DNA of 64,000 bases from a bacterium. Lineage in GTDB: Bacteria > Margulisbacteria > Marinamargulisbacteria > JABIPA01. The notes below the pieces were generated by a model that saw only the letters and a program-made list of their open reading frames with translations, had not been told where the DNA came from and made no database searches. A program made the translations under genes and the position numbers. The DNA lies in the NCBI GenBank assembly GCA_018698675.1, contig JABIPA010000059.1, positions 15,784 through 79,783 of the forward strand, written 5' to 3'. This document shows, piece after piece, positions 24,863 to 34,697 of the stretch; the first letter of the stretch is position 1; every line of letters starts with the position of its first letter.

Positions 24863-27622
24863 CTAAAAAACAAAAGATAAATCAAATTCAACAAACATTC
24901 CCAAGCCCGCCTCATTTTTTAGTGAGGCAATACCAACATCTAAAGTAAGAGGTACGATTGTATAAATAGGAAGCTCTAGATTAGTAGCAAGCGCTATCCC
25001 GTACGAATAATCTACTATATCGTCTAAAAATGAAGATTTTGAATCCGTTAAAACATCAGAAAATAGCTTTAAATAAACATCACCTATCCCAGTAAAATAA
25101 TCATCACTACTTACGTTTAACCGGAGCACTTGTCTATAGAAAGAGAAGTTGTAGACAGTTCCTTCATCAACATAATAATATCCACCACGCCCCGTTATCC
25201 ACACGGGCTCAGTAAATTTATCAAAATTTTGTACGTCAATATTTAAAGAACTAAACTCTCCTATCCAAGTTGTATTCACCTCAGCAAAGTAGCCCTTAAT
25301 ACCAATAGAGTCTTTCGATAGACTGTATTTTAAACGTCCCGTTGAACGTATATCACTGTCACGATAAGTTCCGGACACTCCAACTCCAACCATTCCATCC
25401 AATTGCCCATAACTATCATATGAAGCAGAGGACCCACCTGCCACGACAATTTCCGACTGATAAAATAGTGAGGCAGCTAACCGCTGAATGCCTTTTGTTT
25501 GAGACCTATGCATTAAGTAACTCGTATCCAGTTCTACTATTGGGTTTTCTAATTCGGAGTTCGAATAAATAGAGGTAGATGTATTAAATGGGACAAACCC
25601 TTTGAAGCCGGCCGAAAATCTCATACCTGACGACGAGAATTGGGAGGAATAAGAAACACTATCAATATGGTCACTACCCATTGCAGTAAACGGTATAAAT
25701 CGTGCAAACGGCATCAATAAACTCAACAAATTTGAAGTAAATGCGTCTTCCTTTTTAATCATCACCTCTTTATTAAAAGATGCTTCATTTTCATGAATAT
25801 TACCCACTGCATTTAATAAATTGTTTTTATAACTAGTTACATCAACAGATTGATTAGCTTCATCATATACATTGTCAGCATCAGTCATTTTTCCTTGGAA
25901 GGAAGCAGAGCGCTCGTCTACCAGGCTGATCGTCTTATTATCTAAATACGGTGTTTTAACGATATGTGTTCCCACAGACCCAGGAGTTAAATAAACTAAC
26001 GCATCCCCAACTTTTCCTGAAAATGCCGCGTAATCACTATTTGTAAGCTTTGAAATTTTTTCTGTACTTAAATCAAGTTCAAAAATGTTCGTCTGTTTAT
26101 TTTTTAAGGCCGAATAAATAATTTTACCTTCTCCCGTACTTGATAAAAAGTATTCTGGGTTAGGCGTGTCCGTTCGTTTTGTGGCTCGAAATGATTGACT
26201 GTCTATCTCATAAAGATCCCATCCAGACGTTGTCGTTTTTCCAATAACAAACCATCTCCCAGTTTCATTTACTATTTCAGAAACTAAAATCGAGCATTCG
26301 CCAAGCTTAGAATGATTTCCGTCCCTAAATTCCCACACCTCTGATTTATCGTGACTGTGATTATCCTTAAAATAGACTATCGAGTCTCCTAAGGGTAAAA
26401 AAGAGCGTAACGATGACTTAAAGAGATCTGTCTCTTCACCAGTCCTCAGATCTTTCTTAATCACTTTTGTAATTCCTCCAAATCCCATAAGGGCCATGTT
26501 TTGATGACCATATTCGAGTTCCCTTAACGCAATATATAAATTCTCATTTAAAACCTGTGGCTTCGCGGCCATGGATGATTTATATTCTCCAAAAACTGTC
26601 TTCTCTCCATTTATTAGCCCAACTTTTACCAACTGATAAGAACGAACTATTTTTCCAGGACTTGGCGCCAACAACCTATTTTCAAACGTAAAAAACGAGT
26701 CATCCGTAATAGGAACAATCCACTGCTTTTCATAAGGAGAATTATCCAAAATCTGCCCATCTTCTATTAAAGGAATCACCAACTCGAACTCACGCCATTC
26801 ACTAAATAACTGGGTTGCACTTTTCCCAAAAACGGTTTCCATTTTATCTTGAAATGAATGTAACGGTGCCAGCGTGTAAAAAAGGTCGTCCAAATTCGCC
26901 AAGGGGTTCCCTGCGACATCATAAATAAACGCGTTCATTTTTTCCTTTCCATATGTGGTTGTTAAATATGAAACGAATCGACTTCCTAACAGATAAGGAA
27001 TACCTCCATACGGATATCTAGAAAAAGGGCTCGTCATATTAGAAATGCTTTTTATTTGATCGGATTCCAACAACTGCCTTGTAATAAGCCTTGTTTTAGG
27101 ATCGCGTAATCGCCCATTTGTTTTCGAGTATGAAGACTCTATACCAACTGACAAGCCTTCCGAAAACCACGAAGGAGTAACTATATTTAAAGAAAATAGT
27201 TCACCGAGAACGATTTGAAGCGGATTATTATTTTTTCTCGTAAGTTGAGCGATATGCCCTACTTCATGAATACCGACATAAGATAACCAATCGTCATATA
27301 AGGCAAACCCATAGGATTCGGGCGGAGATATCCACAATGAAATTTTATTGCTTAATGGATTTGCATAACCATTCGAAATTGAACCAGTATCCTCTAGAAC
27401 CAAGGTCGTCTTAACAATTGGTCCGGCAAATTCTTCGACGACGTTTAATCTTGATTCCAACTTCGTTAACAAATCCGATGCTTTAGCTTCAAACCCTTCG
27501 GTGTAATACAATAAAAAATGAGGAGAGGATATAGCCTCCCACCCCAGAAATGAAGAGGATTGAACAATCCCACACATCCCAACAAATAGACTTATTAAAC
27601 ATACCAGAAAGTATCGATGCAT
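24863..27622 (-). CDS. secreted HExxH zinc-metalloprotease-like outer membrane protein (protease domain + beta-propeller-like middle + C-terminal beta-barrel)
   Basis: A signal peptide is present and the zincin motif is 'VGIHEVGHIAQL'. The middle has TolB/PD40-like repeats ('WDLYEIDSQ', 'TNIFELDLSTEKISKLTNS'). The C-terminal ~300 aa show alternating beta-strand patterns ending in '...FDLSFVF' with a terminal Phe, as in OM beta-barrels and autotransporters. Confidence 0.55.
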   Translation of the reverse strand: MHRYFLVCLISLFVGMCGIVQSSSFLGWEAISSPHFLLYYTEGFEAKASDLLTKLESRLNVVEEFAGPIVKTTLVLEDTGSISNGYANPLSNKISLWISPPESYGFALYDDWLSYVGIHEVGHIAQLTRKNNNPLQIVLGELFSLNIVTPSWFSEGLSVGIESSYSKTNGRLRDPKTRLITRQLLESDQIKSISNMTSPFSRYPYGGIPYLLGSRFVSYLTTTYGKEKMNAFIYDVAGNPLANLDDLFYTLAPLHSFQDKMETVFGKSATQLFSEWREFELVIPLIEDGQILDNSPYEKQWIVPITDDSFFTFENRLLAPSPGKIVRSYQLVKVGLINGEKTVFGEYKSSMAAKPQVLNENLYIALRELEYGHQNMALMGFGGITKVIKKDLRTGEETDLFKSSLRSFLPLGDSIVYFKDNHSHDKSEVWEFRDGNHSKLGECSILVSEIVNETGRWFVIGKTTTSGWDLYEIDSQSFRATKRTDTPNPEYFLSSTGEGKIIYSALKNKQTNIFELDLSTEKISKLTNSDYAAFSGKVGDALVYLTPGSVGTHIVKTPYLDNKTISLVDERSASFQGKMTDADNVYDEANQSVDVTSYKNNLLNAVGNIHENEASFNKEVMIKKEDAFTSNLLSLLMPFARFIPFTAMGSDHIDSVSYSSQFSSSGMRFSAGFKGFVPFNTSTSIYSNSELENPIVELDTSYLMHRSQTKGIQRLAASLFYQSEIVVAGGSSASYDSYGQLDGMVGVGVSGTYRDSDIRSTGRLKYSLSKDSIGIKGYFAEVNTTWIGEFSSLNIDVQNFDKFTEPVWITGRGGYYYVDEGTVYNFSFYRQVLRLNVSSDDYFTGIGDVYLKLFSDVLTDSKSSFLDDIVDYSYGIALATNLELPIYTIVPLTLDVGIASLKNEAGLGMFVEFDLSFVF

Positions 27623-27823
27623 ATTATATCCTTCTTTTACTCGACTTATTTAAAAAGGGAAACACACATTTACCCTTTTTATATAACAAGCATTTTTTAG
27701 ACAAATATTTCTTGAAATTTGTATATAAATGTTAGTTATATTATCGTTACTTGTAAGCGAGTTATTATGATACATTCATCATATCTTGTTTTTCAATAAT
27801 TTTATAAGAAAGGAGTTAGCCCG

Positions 27824-28105
27824 ATGTCAGAACAAGGATTTTTAAATTTAAATTCTCTTAAAAGCTTAAATGTTGCAAAACATAATTTATCTAAAATAAG
27901 CAAAGACAAGTTACCTGAAGAAGATGACCAATTTGCTAAAATTCTCGCAAATGTTATTGATAAAGAACTAACAATCGCAGAACAAAGTGATTTACAAGTT
28001 CAACAACATAAACCGTTGGATGTTCAAAAACAATCCAAAAATTATGAAATCGATCCATTAAGTGGGATGGTAAAGTCTCTCAATGATTTTAAAGCTTTTT
28101 CTTAG
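27824..28105 (+). CDS. hypothetical protein
   Basis: 93 aa with an AGGAG RBS upstream. Hydrophilic. Confidence 0.35.
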   Translation: MSEQGFLNLNSLKSLNVAKHNLSKISKDKLPEEDDQFAKILANVIDKELTIAEQSDLQVQQHKPLDVQKQSKNYEIDPLSGMVKSLNDFKAFS

Positions 28106-28126
28106 CTCAATGACCAGTAGCAACTA

Positions 28127-28651
28127 ATGGAAGACGCCAATCAGGTTGAAGCCGCTAGTGAAGCACATCTCCGGTCCACGAAAAAAGCTTATGACTCTAC
28201 AACTGAACAAAAAAAATATGTTTTAGACATTTTAAAAAATACACTAGGGACCGCTTCTCAGGAAGTGAATCGTAGTGATGCTATAAAACAAATAGAAATG
28301 CTGCAGAACGCAACAAACGATTTGGGCTACAAACAAAATTTGTCTGAACTTGCAAATAAGTTGAGAGACGCTCATCCTTCGGATCTATCTAAACTTCATA
28401 AACTCGACCAGTTAGTCGAAAAAACAATGAACGCCTCCCAAGATTCATCTCAAAACCTGAATTCATACGTCCCGAACAGCTTACCTATTACAGCTGATGT
28501 CAAAAATCCATTTGCTGCAAAAGTTCCAGAAGTTTCTTCCTCTAAAAAATCTCACAATGAAGATAAAAAGGAGTCTAAAGGTAAGAACCCCTCAAATAAT
28601 AAAAATGCCAAAAATGGCTTTTTTTCATGGTTTGGATCTTTATTTAGTTAA
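28127..28651 (+). CDS. hypothetical protein
   Basis: 174 aa, charged, co-directional with the upstream 93-aa ORF. It has a basic tail and a C-terminal 'GFFSWFGSLFS'. Confidence 0.35.
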   Translation: MEDANQVEAASEAHLRSTKKAYDSTTEQKKYVLDILKNTLGTASQEVNRSDAIKQIEMLQNATNDLGYKQNLSELANKLRDAHPSDLSKLHKLDQLVEKTMNASQDSSQNLNSYVPNSLPITADVKNPFAAKVPEVSSSKKSHNEDKKESKGKNPSNNKNAKNGFFSWFGSLFS

Positions 28652-28662
28652 ATCTGACATCA

Positions 28663-29769
28663 TTAAAACATCATTACCTGACGAGCCATTTCTCTACCTA
28701 GAGGCGTCAAACTGAGCCGTGACTTATTACGAGTAATTAAGTTTTTCTGAACGGCTCTCTGAACTATTTTTTTTGCAAACCCTGCCGACCAAGCCATATG
28801 ATCAATCATGTTCTCTACGGTATTCTCCTGATCCTCATTGTCCAACCCTTCATGTCCTAAAATTTGAACCAATAGCATTTGAACAGAAAAATTAAGCTTC
28901 TTTTTAAAATGGCTCAACACTTTTGAAACGAGACCTCGTTCTCTTGCAAAAAATAAAGCCATCAAAAATAACACGCCATTCATTGTCGCCATCGAGCCAG
29001 CAATAGAAGCATCTAAAACGTAAGCCATACCATACCCCAACACGGCAGATGCGACGCCTACCGCCATACTTATGCCAATCATTCTGGATAACTTAGTCGT
29101 CAATAAAAAAGCGGTTGCAGGAGGAGCAATGATTAACGCCACAACCAAAACAGACCCAGCAACTTCGAATGCCCCAACGGTCGTAACACTTGTCACCGTC
29201 ATTAACCCGTAGTGAATTAAAACAGGAGAAAAACCCAATGACGTAGCCAATCCTTTATCAAAGGTTGCCAACTTTAACTCTTTATAAAATAGCAGTAAAC
29301 CAACAACATTAATCAACGATATTGTTCCCATCATCCATAACCCAACGGGACCAAGATCGAGCCCTCCAATATCCATCCTGTGGAAAGGAGCTAGTGCAAG
29401 CTCTCCTAATAAAACTGCATCTAAATCAATATGAACATTTCCCGCATATTTGCTAATTAATATGACTCCTATGGAAAAAAATAATGGAAACACTAAACCA
29501 ATGGCAGCATCTTTTTTTAACCTATTCGTGTTAATCAAAACCTCCGTTAAGGTAACAGTCAAAACACCAGTCAAAGCGGCTCCAATAATTAAAAGAGGCG
29601 AATCCAAGGTCTTTACCATAAAAAACATCACAACAATCCCAAGTAAAATAGCGTGACTGATTGCATCACTCATTAGCGCAACTCCACGCAAAACCAAGAA
29701 TACCCCCGGAATTGCACAAGAAAAAGCGGTTAACGCCGCAATTAAAATAATTTCAGTTTGAAAACTCAT
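28663..29769 (-). CDS. metal ABC transporter permease (YtgD/ZnuB/MntB family) with C-terminal winged-helix (DtxR-like) extension
   Basis: An 8-TM permease core (~275 aa) is followed by ~90 aa reading 'LVQILGHEGL...VENMIDHMAWSAGFAKKIVQRAVQKNLITR..SRLSLTPLGREMARQV', an HTH plus wing. Confidence 0.8.
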   Translation of the reverse strand: MSFQTEIILIAALTAFSCAIPGVFLVLRGVALMSDAISHAILLGIVVMFFMVKTLDSPLLIIGAALTGVLTVTLTEVLINTNRLKKDAAIGLVFPLFFSIGVILISKYAGNVHIDLDAVLLGELALAPFHRMDIGGLDLGPVGLWMMGTISLINVVGLLLFYKELKLATFDKGLATSLGFSPVLIHYGLMTVTSVTTVGAFEVAGSVLVVALIIAPPATAFLLTTKLSRMIGISMAVGVASAVLGYGMAYVLDASIAGSMATMNGVLFLMALFFARERGLVSKVLSHFKKKLNFSVQMLLVQILGHEGLDNEDQENTVENMIDHMAWSAGFAKKIVQRAVQKNLITRNKSRLSLTPLGREMARQVMMF

Positions 29770-30881
29770 GCCTGCATCCCCACTAATAAAGATCTTACGT
29801 ATTTGTGGCCCTTAATTGTTAGCCCCCAATGTTTATATGCCGTCGAATGAATATAACCACTCTCTTCCAATTTCCTAATAACCGAATCCAAACTAGCACC
29901 TCCAACGGATCTCAACGCCTGAATATCATGAGCATGAGTGACATCGTCGTGACCTTCTGAAAGATAAAACAGATTAGTTAAAAACGTATCTTCCTTGACT
30001 TGCTTTTGATTCGATTTATTCCTCTTCCATGCCCAAAAAAGGCCACGATTTGGAGCAAACCCTAATGAAGCAAAAACAATAGTACTAATAGCAACAACTA
30101 TAACGGGGCCAGTAGGTAAGTTATTAATCTGACTACTAAACATAACTCCGACTAATCCTGCTAATGCTCCAAAAATAGCAGCTAAAACAACCATCATTCC
30201 TAACCTATCCGTCCATTGTCGAGCGGCGGCAGCTGGAGCAATTATCATCGCACTCATCAAAACAACCCCAACCGTTTGCAACCCAATAACGATGCTACAA
30301 ACAATCAAACTCGTTAAAAATATATCTAATCGTTTTTGAGGAAACCCCAATGTTGCTGCAAACTCAGGATTAAACGACACTAACTTAAATTCCTTCCAAA
30401 AAAGAGTAAGTACCGCCAAAATGACAACGCCAAAAATTGTCATCACAATGACATCCTCTTCTAATAAAGTTGCTGCATTTCCGAATAGAAACCTGTTAAG
30501 CCCAGCCTTATTAGCGGTTGGAAGTCGTTGAATAATTGTAAGAAGAACCATTCCGAATCCGAAAAATACAGACAACACGATCCCGAGTGCGGCATCTTTT
30601 TTAAGAGAGGTATACTCCGTAATTAAAAACATGCCTAGAGATGCCAATATTCCAGAAATAATTGCGCCTATTAATAATACTAATAGACTTTTACTGTACG
30701 TTAACATGAAGGCTACCGCAATTCCTGGCAAAGCGGCATGAGATATAGCATCTCCCAACAAGCTTTGCTTCCTTAGAACGGCAAAACTACCCAAGGCACC
30801 CGAAACAATCCCTAATACCAACGTGCCTAATACAACTGTGCGGACCGTGTAATCAAAAAACAAATCATGAATAAGAGTCAT
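29766..30881 (-). CDS. metal ABC transporter permease (YtgC-like) with C-terminal winged-helix extension
   Basis: The permease core is followed by 'LTNLFYLSEG...IQALRSVGGASLDSVIRKLEESGYIHS...WGLTIKGHKYV', a wHTH. It overlaps the downstream permease gene by 4 nt. Confidence 0.8.
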   Translation of the reverse strand: MTLIHDLFFDYTVRTVVLGTLVLGIVSGALGSFAVLRKQSLLGDAISHAALPGIAVAFMLTYSKSLLVLLIGAIISGILASLGMFLITEYTSLKKDAALGIVLSVFFGFGMVLLTIIQRLPTANKAGLNRFLFGNAATLLEEDVIVMTIFGVVILAVLTLFWKEFKLVSFNPEFAATLGFPQKRLDIFLTSLIVCSIVIGLQTVGVVLMSAMIIAPAAAARQWTDRLGMMVVLAAIFGALAGLVGVMFSSQINNLPTGPVIVVAISTIVFASLGFAPNRGLFWAWKRNKSNQKQVKEDTFLTNLFYLSEGHDDVTHAHDIQALRSVGGASLDSVIRKLEESGYIHSTAYKHWGLTIKGHKYVRSLLVGMQA

Positions 30882-30883
30882 TA

Positions 30884-31648
30884 CTAGAGGGCGTCCAAAT
30901 TAATAGTAGTATCTTTTCCAACAAAAGGTGTTTTTCCGCTGTACGCCTGACTCAAGTTTTCTTGAGTTATTATATCTTTGACCGGTCCCATCGCTATTTT
31001 TCTAACGTTTAACAATAGTGCCCAATCAAAATAATCTTTTAGGGTTTGCAAATCGTGATGAACAACTATAACCGTTTTTTCTTTTCCTCTTAATTCTTTT
31101 AAAAGTGCCACAATTGCTTTTTCGGTCTTAGCATCAACCCCCACAAACGGTTCATCCATAAAATAAATTTGAGAATCTTGAGCCAGTGCTCGTGCTAAAA
31201 ACACGCGTTGTTGTTGACCTCCAGATAATTGATTTATCTGACGATATGCAAAATCCGCCATCCCTACTTTTTCAAGACATTCCATAGCTATTTCCACATC
31301 TCGTTTACCTGGCCGTTTAAACCAACCTAAATGACCATAACGCCCCATCAATACAACATCTAACGCATTCGTAGGAAAGTCCCAGTCGACGCTTCCGCGT
31401 TGAGGAACATATCCGACTGAACGAAAAGACTTTTGATAGACATTCCCGTTAATAAAAACACTACCTGCAGCGGGCTTTATTAAGCCTAATATGGCTTTTA
31501 TCAGTGTCGTCTTCCCTGCCCCATTTGGTCCTACAATAGCCATCAATACCCCGTGAGGAACCTTGATATCGATATCCCATAGAACGGGCTTCTCTTTATA
31601 AGCGACTGTTAAGTCACGAACCTCTACTGCAGGAATGATTGAATTCAT
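30884..31648 (-). CDS. metal ABC transporter ATP-binding protein (ZnuC/YtgB-like)
   Basis: The Walker A is 'GPNGAGKTTL', the ABC signature is 'LSGGQQQRV', and the Walker B is 'IYFMDEP'. Confidence 0.9.
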   Translation of the reverse strand: MNSIIPAVEVRDLTVAYKEKPVLWDIDIKVPHGVLMAIVGPNGAGKTTLIKAILGLIKPAAGSVFINGNVYQKSFRSVGYVPQRGSVDWDFPTNALDVVLMGRYGHLGWFKRPGKRDVEIAMECLEKVGMADFAYRQINQLSGGQQQRVFLARALAQDSQIYFMDEPFVGVDAKTEKAIVALLKELRGKEKTVIVVHHDLQTLKDYFDWALLLNVRKIAMGPVKDIITQENLSQAYSGKTPFVGKDTTINLDAL

Positions 31649-31649
31649 T

Positions 31650-32810
31650 TTAAAACCTTACATTTGCGATTAGGAGAAGTCCACTAACGTCAGTTTCTTG
31701 GCCAGCGGTTTCCTTTTCATAGTTATCCAACACCCATTCTGCTTTAAGCAAAACATTTTCTTTATGAAAGTACCCAATTCCTAGCTCGTATCGAGTTATC
31801 GTTTGGTCCGGAGAAACAGTTGCTCCAAAATTAAACGCTGGGTTTGGTAGAGTGGAGGACATTCCTGCTCCTGAACCATCGTTATCTTCTGGTATCCAAG
31901 TTGATACTCTCCCTGAAACAAACATATCTCCTACATTATGTCTTGCTTCTGCAATAATAGACGTAACCTTGTCTTCTGTTCCATCATGCTCATCCCCATA
32001 AGTTAATTGAGAATAAGATCCAATCAATTCAGTTGATGTTCCAATTATCGAGATACCGTCAACCATCCACCCTTGGAAATCTGACGAAAAGCCAGATGTG
32101 GCGTTTTTAATATCATTGCTTCTCATATATGTTCCACTTAATTCAGTTTTAATTTCTTCGATAAATAAGGACTGCCCGATTACCAATTCAAATTGACCGT
32201 CTGGATTCGTCGCTGATTCATCCGTACCATTCGAAATTGCCAACGTAGACGTCCCTACGGATGAATCCCAATTAATCATTGCTCCCAATGTATTCAATGT
32301 TCCCATTGGTCCTGCAAAGGCACTGTATAACAAAGGATTAATTATTAAGTTATTGTTAAATGTATCCGCATTATTTGATAACATTCCTGTTTGTTGTCCA
32401 AAGGGAGTATCATAAGACCCTACAACCACAGTTACTGTTCTCGCTCTATTTGTATATTCAATACCTATATCTGTTAACTCAGCCCCGGGACCAGGGAACC
32501 CGTATGTTCCATTTCCTGGGCTTGTTTGTAATTGAAGATAGGCCTTAATTCCTGGCGCTAATTTCGTCTCAAAATCAATGTTTGCAGCATAATCAAATTG
32601 ATATCGATTAGTAGCTGAGTTTGTACTTTGGGTAAGAAGATTTAATCCTCCTAAAATCGACCCACCAACGCTTACATTATTCATAAAATCACTAATTTTT
32701 ACGCGCTCTTCTAGTGGAAATAATCCAGATACTTCTAAATTTGCCATTGTAGGGCTTACCAAAATAGCTAGTGACGCCGCCAATATTCCTATATTTTTTA
32801 AATTTTTCAT
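31650..32810 (-). CDS. outer-membrane beta-barrel (porin-like) protein embedded in metal-uptake operon
   Basis: A signal peptide ('AILVSPTMA') is present. Amphipathic beta-strand periodicity runs throughout. The aromatic C-terminus '...LLLIANVRF' has a terminal Phe. The gene is tightly packed between the SBP and ATPase genes. Confidence 0.5.
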   Translation of the reverse strand: MKNLKNIGILAASLAILVSPTMANLEVSGLFPLEERVKISDFMNNVSVGGSILGGLNLLTQSTNSATNRYQFDYAANIDFETKLAPGIKAYLQLQTSPGNGTYGFPGPGAELTDIGIEYTNRARTVTVVVGSYDTPFGQQTGMLSNNADTFNNNLIINPLLYSAFAGPMGTLNTLGAMINWDSSVGTSTLAISNGTDESATNPDGQFELVIGQSLFIEEIKTELSGTYMRSNDIKNATSGFSSDFQGWMVDGISIIGTSTELIGSYSQLTYGDEHDGTEDKVTSIIAEARHNVGDMFVSGRVSTWIPEDNDGSGAGMSSTLPNPAFNFGATVSPDQTITRYELGIGYFHKENVLLKAEWVLDNYEKETAGQETDVSGLLLIANVRF

Positions 32811-32898
32811 TTTTCTTCCTTTTTAAGTCGTATTTTGCAAGCAAATATTCGCTTTATAACTTCAACACGCCTGTCTCTTACATAGATAGTTCTATCAT

Positions 32899-33945
32899 CT
32901 AGTGAGTATGATTATCTCCGCCATGATGATGATGGCCTTGTTCAATACTTTTTTTACGTGGAGCCAATCCATTTAATATCGTAGTCGTATTATGCTCAAC
33001 CATTCCAATATAAGTCCCTTCAGCTGTTCCTGGATTTCCCATTGCGTCTGAAAATAACTCGCCACCAATTTTAACATCCCACCCACGTGACTGAGTTGCT
33101 CTTTGAACGGCTTCAATATTTCTTTTTGAAATCGATGATTCAATGAAAATGGCTGGGATTTTGTTATCTACTATATAAGTCGCTAAATTTTGAATATCTC
33201 TCGTACCCGCTTCAGATTCCGTACTTATCCCCATCAATCCTTTTACAACGAAACCATAAGCTAGTCCGTAATAATTAAAAGCATCATGAGCTGTAACTAA
33301 AACACGTTGCTCTTTAGGAATCATATCCGTTTTTTCCTCAATCCACGTGTTCAACTTATTTAATTTTGTTAAATAGGCCGCCTTGTTCCTTAAAAACGCT
33401 TCTTTATTTTCAGGATCTAGTGTTATCAACGTATCTCCAACGGCATCTACAGCATACGCCCATAACTCAACGTCAAACCACACATGAGGATCAAATTGCC
33501 CTTCGAATTCAGGTGGTTTTTTTAGTTTATCTTTAGGAATACGTTCGGCAACAGCGACTGTTGGTTTCTGTTTATTTAGCTTTTTAAAAATGTCCCCCAT
33601 TTTGGCTTCTAAGTGTAATCCATTATAAAAAATAATATTTGCGTCTGATAATTTCCGTACATCTCCTTCGCTTGCCCGATAAAGATGAGGGTCCACTCCA
33701 GGCCCCATTAATCCAACAACGTCAACATATTCTCCACCAACATTGGTTACTATGTCAGCTATCATTCCGGTTGTTGCAACCGCGTGTACTAAATTCTCAT
33801 TCTTTGTTCCTGATTTGTCATCGTTACATCCAAACAATCCTAAACTAACAATTCCAATCATTCCTGCTCCGATCAAAAATGACGTCGCTTTTAAAAACGT
33901 ATTCAACGTAAAAAATTGTTCTCTTTTTTGATTTATATTTTTCAT
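32899..33945 (-). CDS. metal ABC transporter substrate-binding protein (ZnuA/TroA/YtgA cluster A-I) with His-rich C-terminus
   Basis: A lipoprotein signal 'LGLFGCN' is present. The fold is TroA-like. The C-terminal tail is 'GHHHHGGDNHTH'. Confidence 0.85.
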   Translation of the reverse strand: MKNINQKREQFFTLNTFLKATSFLIGAGMIGIVSLGLFGCNDDKSGTKNENLVHAVATTGMIADIVTNVGGEYVDVVGLMGPGVDPHLYRASEGDVRKLSDANIIFYNGLHLEAKMGDIFKKLNKQKPTVAVAERIPKDKLKKPPEFEGQFDPHVWFDVELWAYAVDAVGDTLITLDPENKEAFLRNKAAYLTKLNKLNTWIEEKTDMIPKEQRVLVTAHDAFNYYGLAYGFVVKGLMGISTESEAGTRDIQNLATYIVDNKIPAIFIESSISKRNIEAVQRATQSRGWDVKIGGELFSDAMGNPGTAEGTYIGMVEHNTTTILNGLAPRKKSIEQGHHHHGGDNHTH

Positions 33946-33963
33946 TTTTAATTAATTCCTTTT

Positions 33964-34659
33964 CTAATTTATTGGGTCTACCCAAATATTTTGACAAATT
34001 TTAGTACTCAAACTCGATGTTTTTTCACCAATTCTAACCTGTACTGTTCCATCAAATTCCAATATTCCGGAAACAGTAATCAACACCCCTATTGTTATTC
34101 CTTCGTTCTCAAGATGTTCTAATAATTCCGAGTCAAAATTACTAACTCTTACAATTTTACAAACATCCCCTTTTTTACTCTCTGACAAAGGTATTGCAGT
34201 CTTATGTGTTGGAATGATTCCGTTTTTGTCAGGAATAGGCGCTCCATGAGGGTCGAATTGTGGGAACCCTAATTTCTTATCCATTTTATTTATAAGATAG
34301 TCTGAAGCAAAATGTTCCAAAACTTCTGCTTCTTCATGCACCATATTTCGAGGAATATCTAAGTATTCATGAAGATAAAGCTCAATTAATCGATGACGCC
34401 GGATAACCAATTTCCCCTTTTTGATTCCTTCGGGTAATAAACGAACACCCTTGTATGGAATGTAGTCTAATAATTCTTTGGTCGCTAATTTCTTAACCAT
34501 TTCACTTACGGCGGCAGACGTTACTCCAAGTTTATTTGCAATATCTTGAGTTTTTACGGAACCGGAAGACACATTCATCAATTTATAAATTGCCTTTAAA
34601 TAATCCTCGGTACTTATGGACTCTTTCTTTGTTTCATCGGTAATTTTTATAATGCTCAT
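33964..34659 (-). CDS. DtxR/MntR-family metal-dependent transcriptional regulator (with C-terminal FeoA/SH3-like domain)
   Basis: The N-terminal HTH is 'TEDYLKAIYKL...VKTQDIANKLGVTSAAVSEMVKKLATKELLDYIPYKGVRLLPEGIKKG'. The protein is 231 aa. Confidence 0.8.
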   Translation of the reverse strand: MSIIKITDETKKESISTEDYLKAIYKLMNVSSGSVKTQDIANKLGVTSAAVSEMVKKLATKELLDYIPYKGVRLLPEGIKKGKLVIRRHRLIELYLHEYLDIPRNMVHEEAEVLEHFASDYLINKMDKKLGFPQFDPHGAPIPDKNGIIPTHKTAIPLSESKKGDVCKIVRVSNFDSELLEHLENEGITIGVLITVSGILEFDGTVQVRIGEKTSSLSTKICQNIWVDPIN

Positions 34660-34697
34660 ACTTTATTTCCTTCTACCCAACTATAATTAGATTTTAG

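Noticed and set aside
27651-27690. 8-bp stem hairpin 'aaaaaggg...cccttttt' flanked by A/T runs.
   Set aside because: It looks like a bidirectional intrinsic terminator but sits upstream (5') of both neighbouring genes, with no gene ending there. Its function is unclear.
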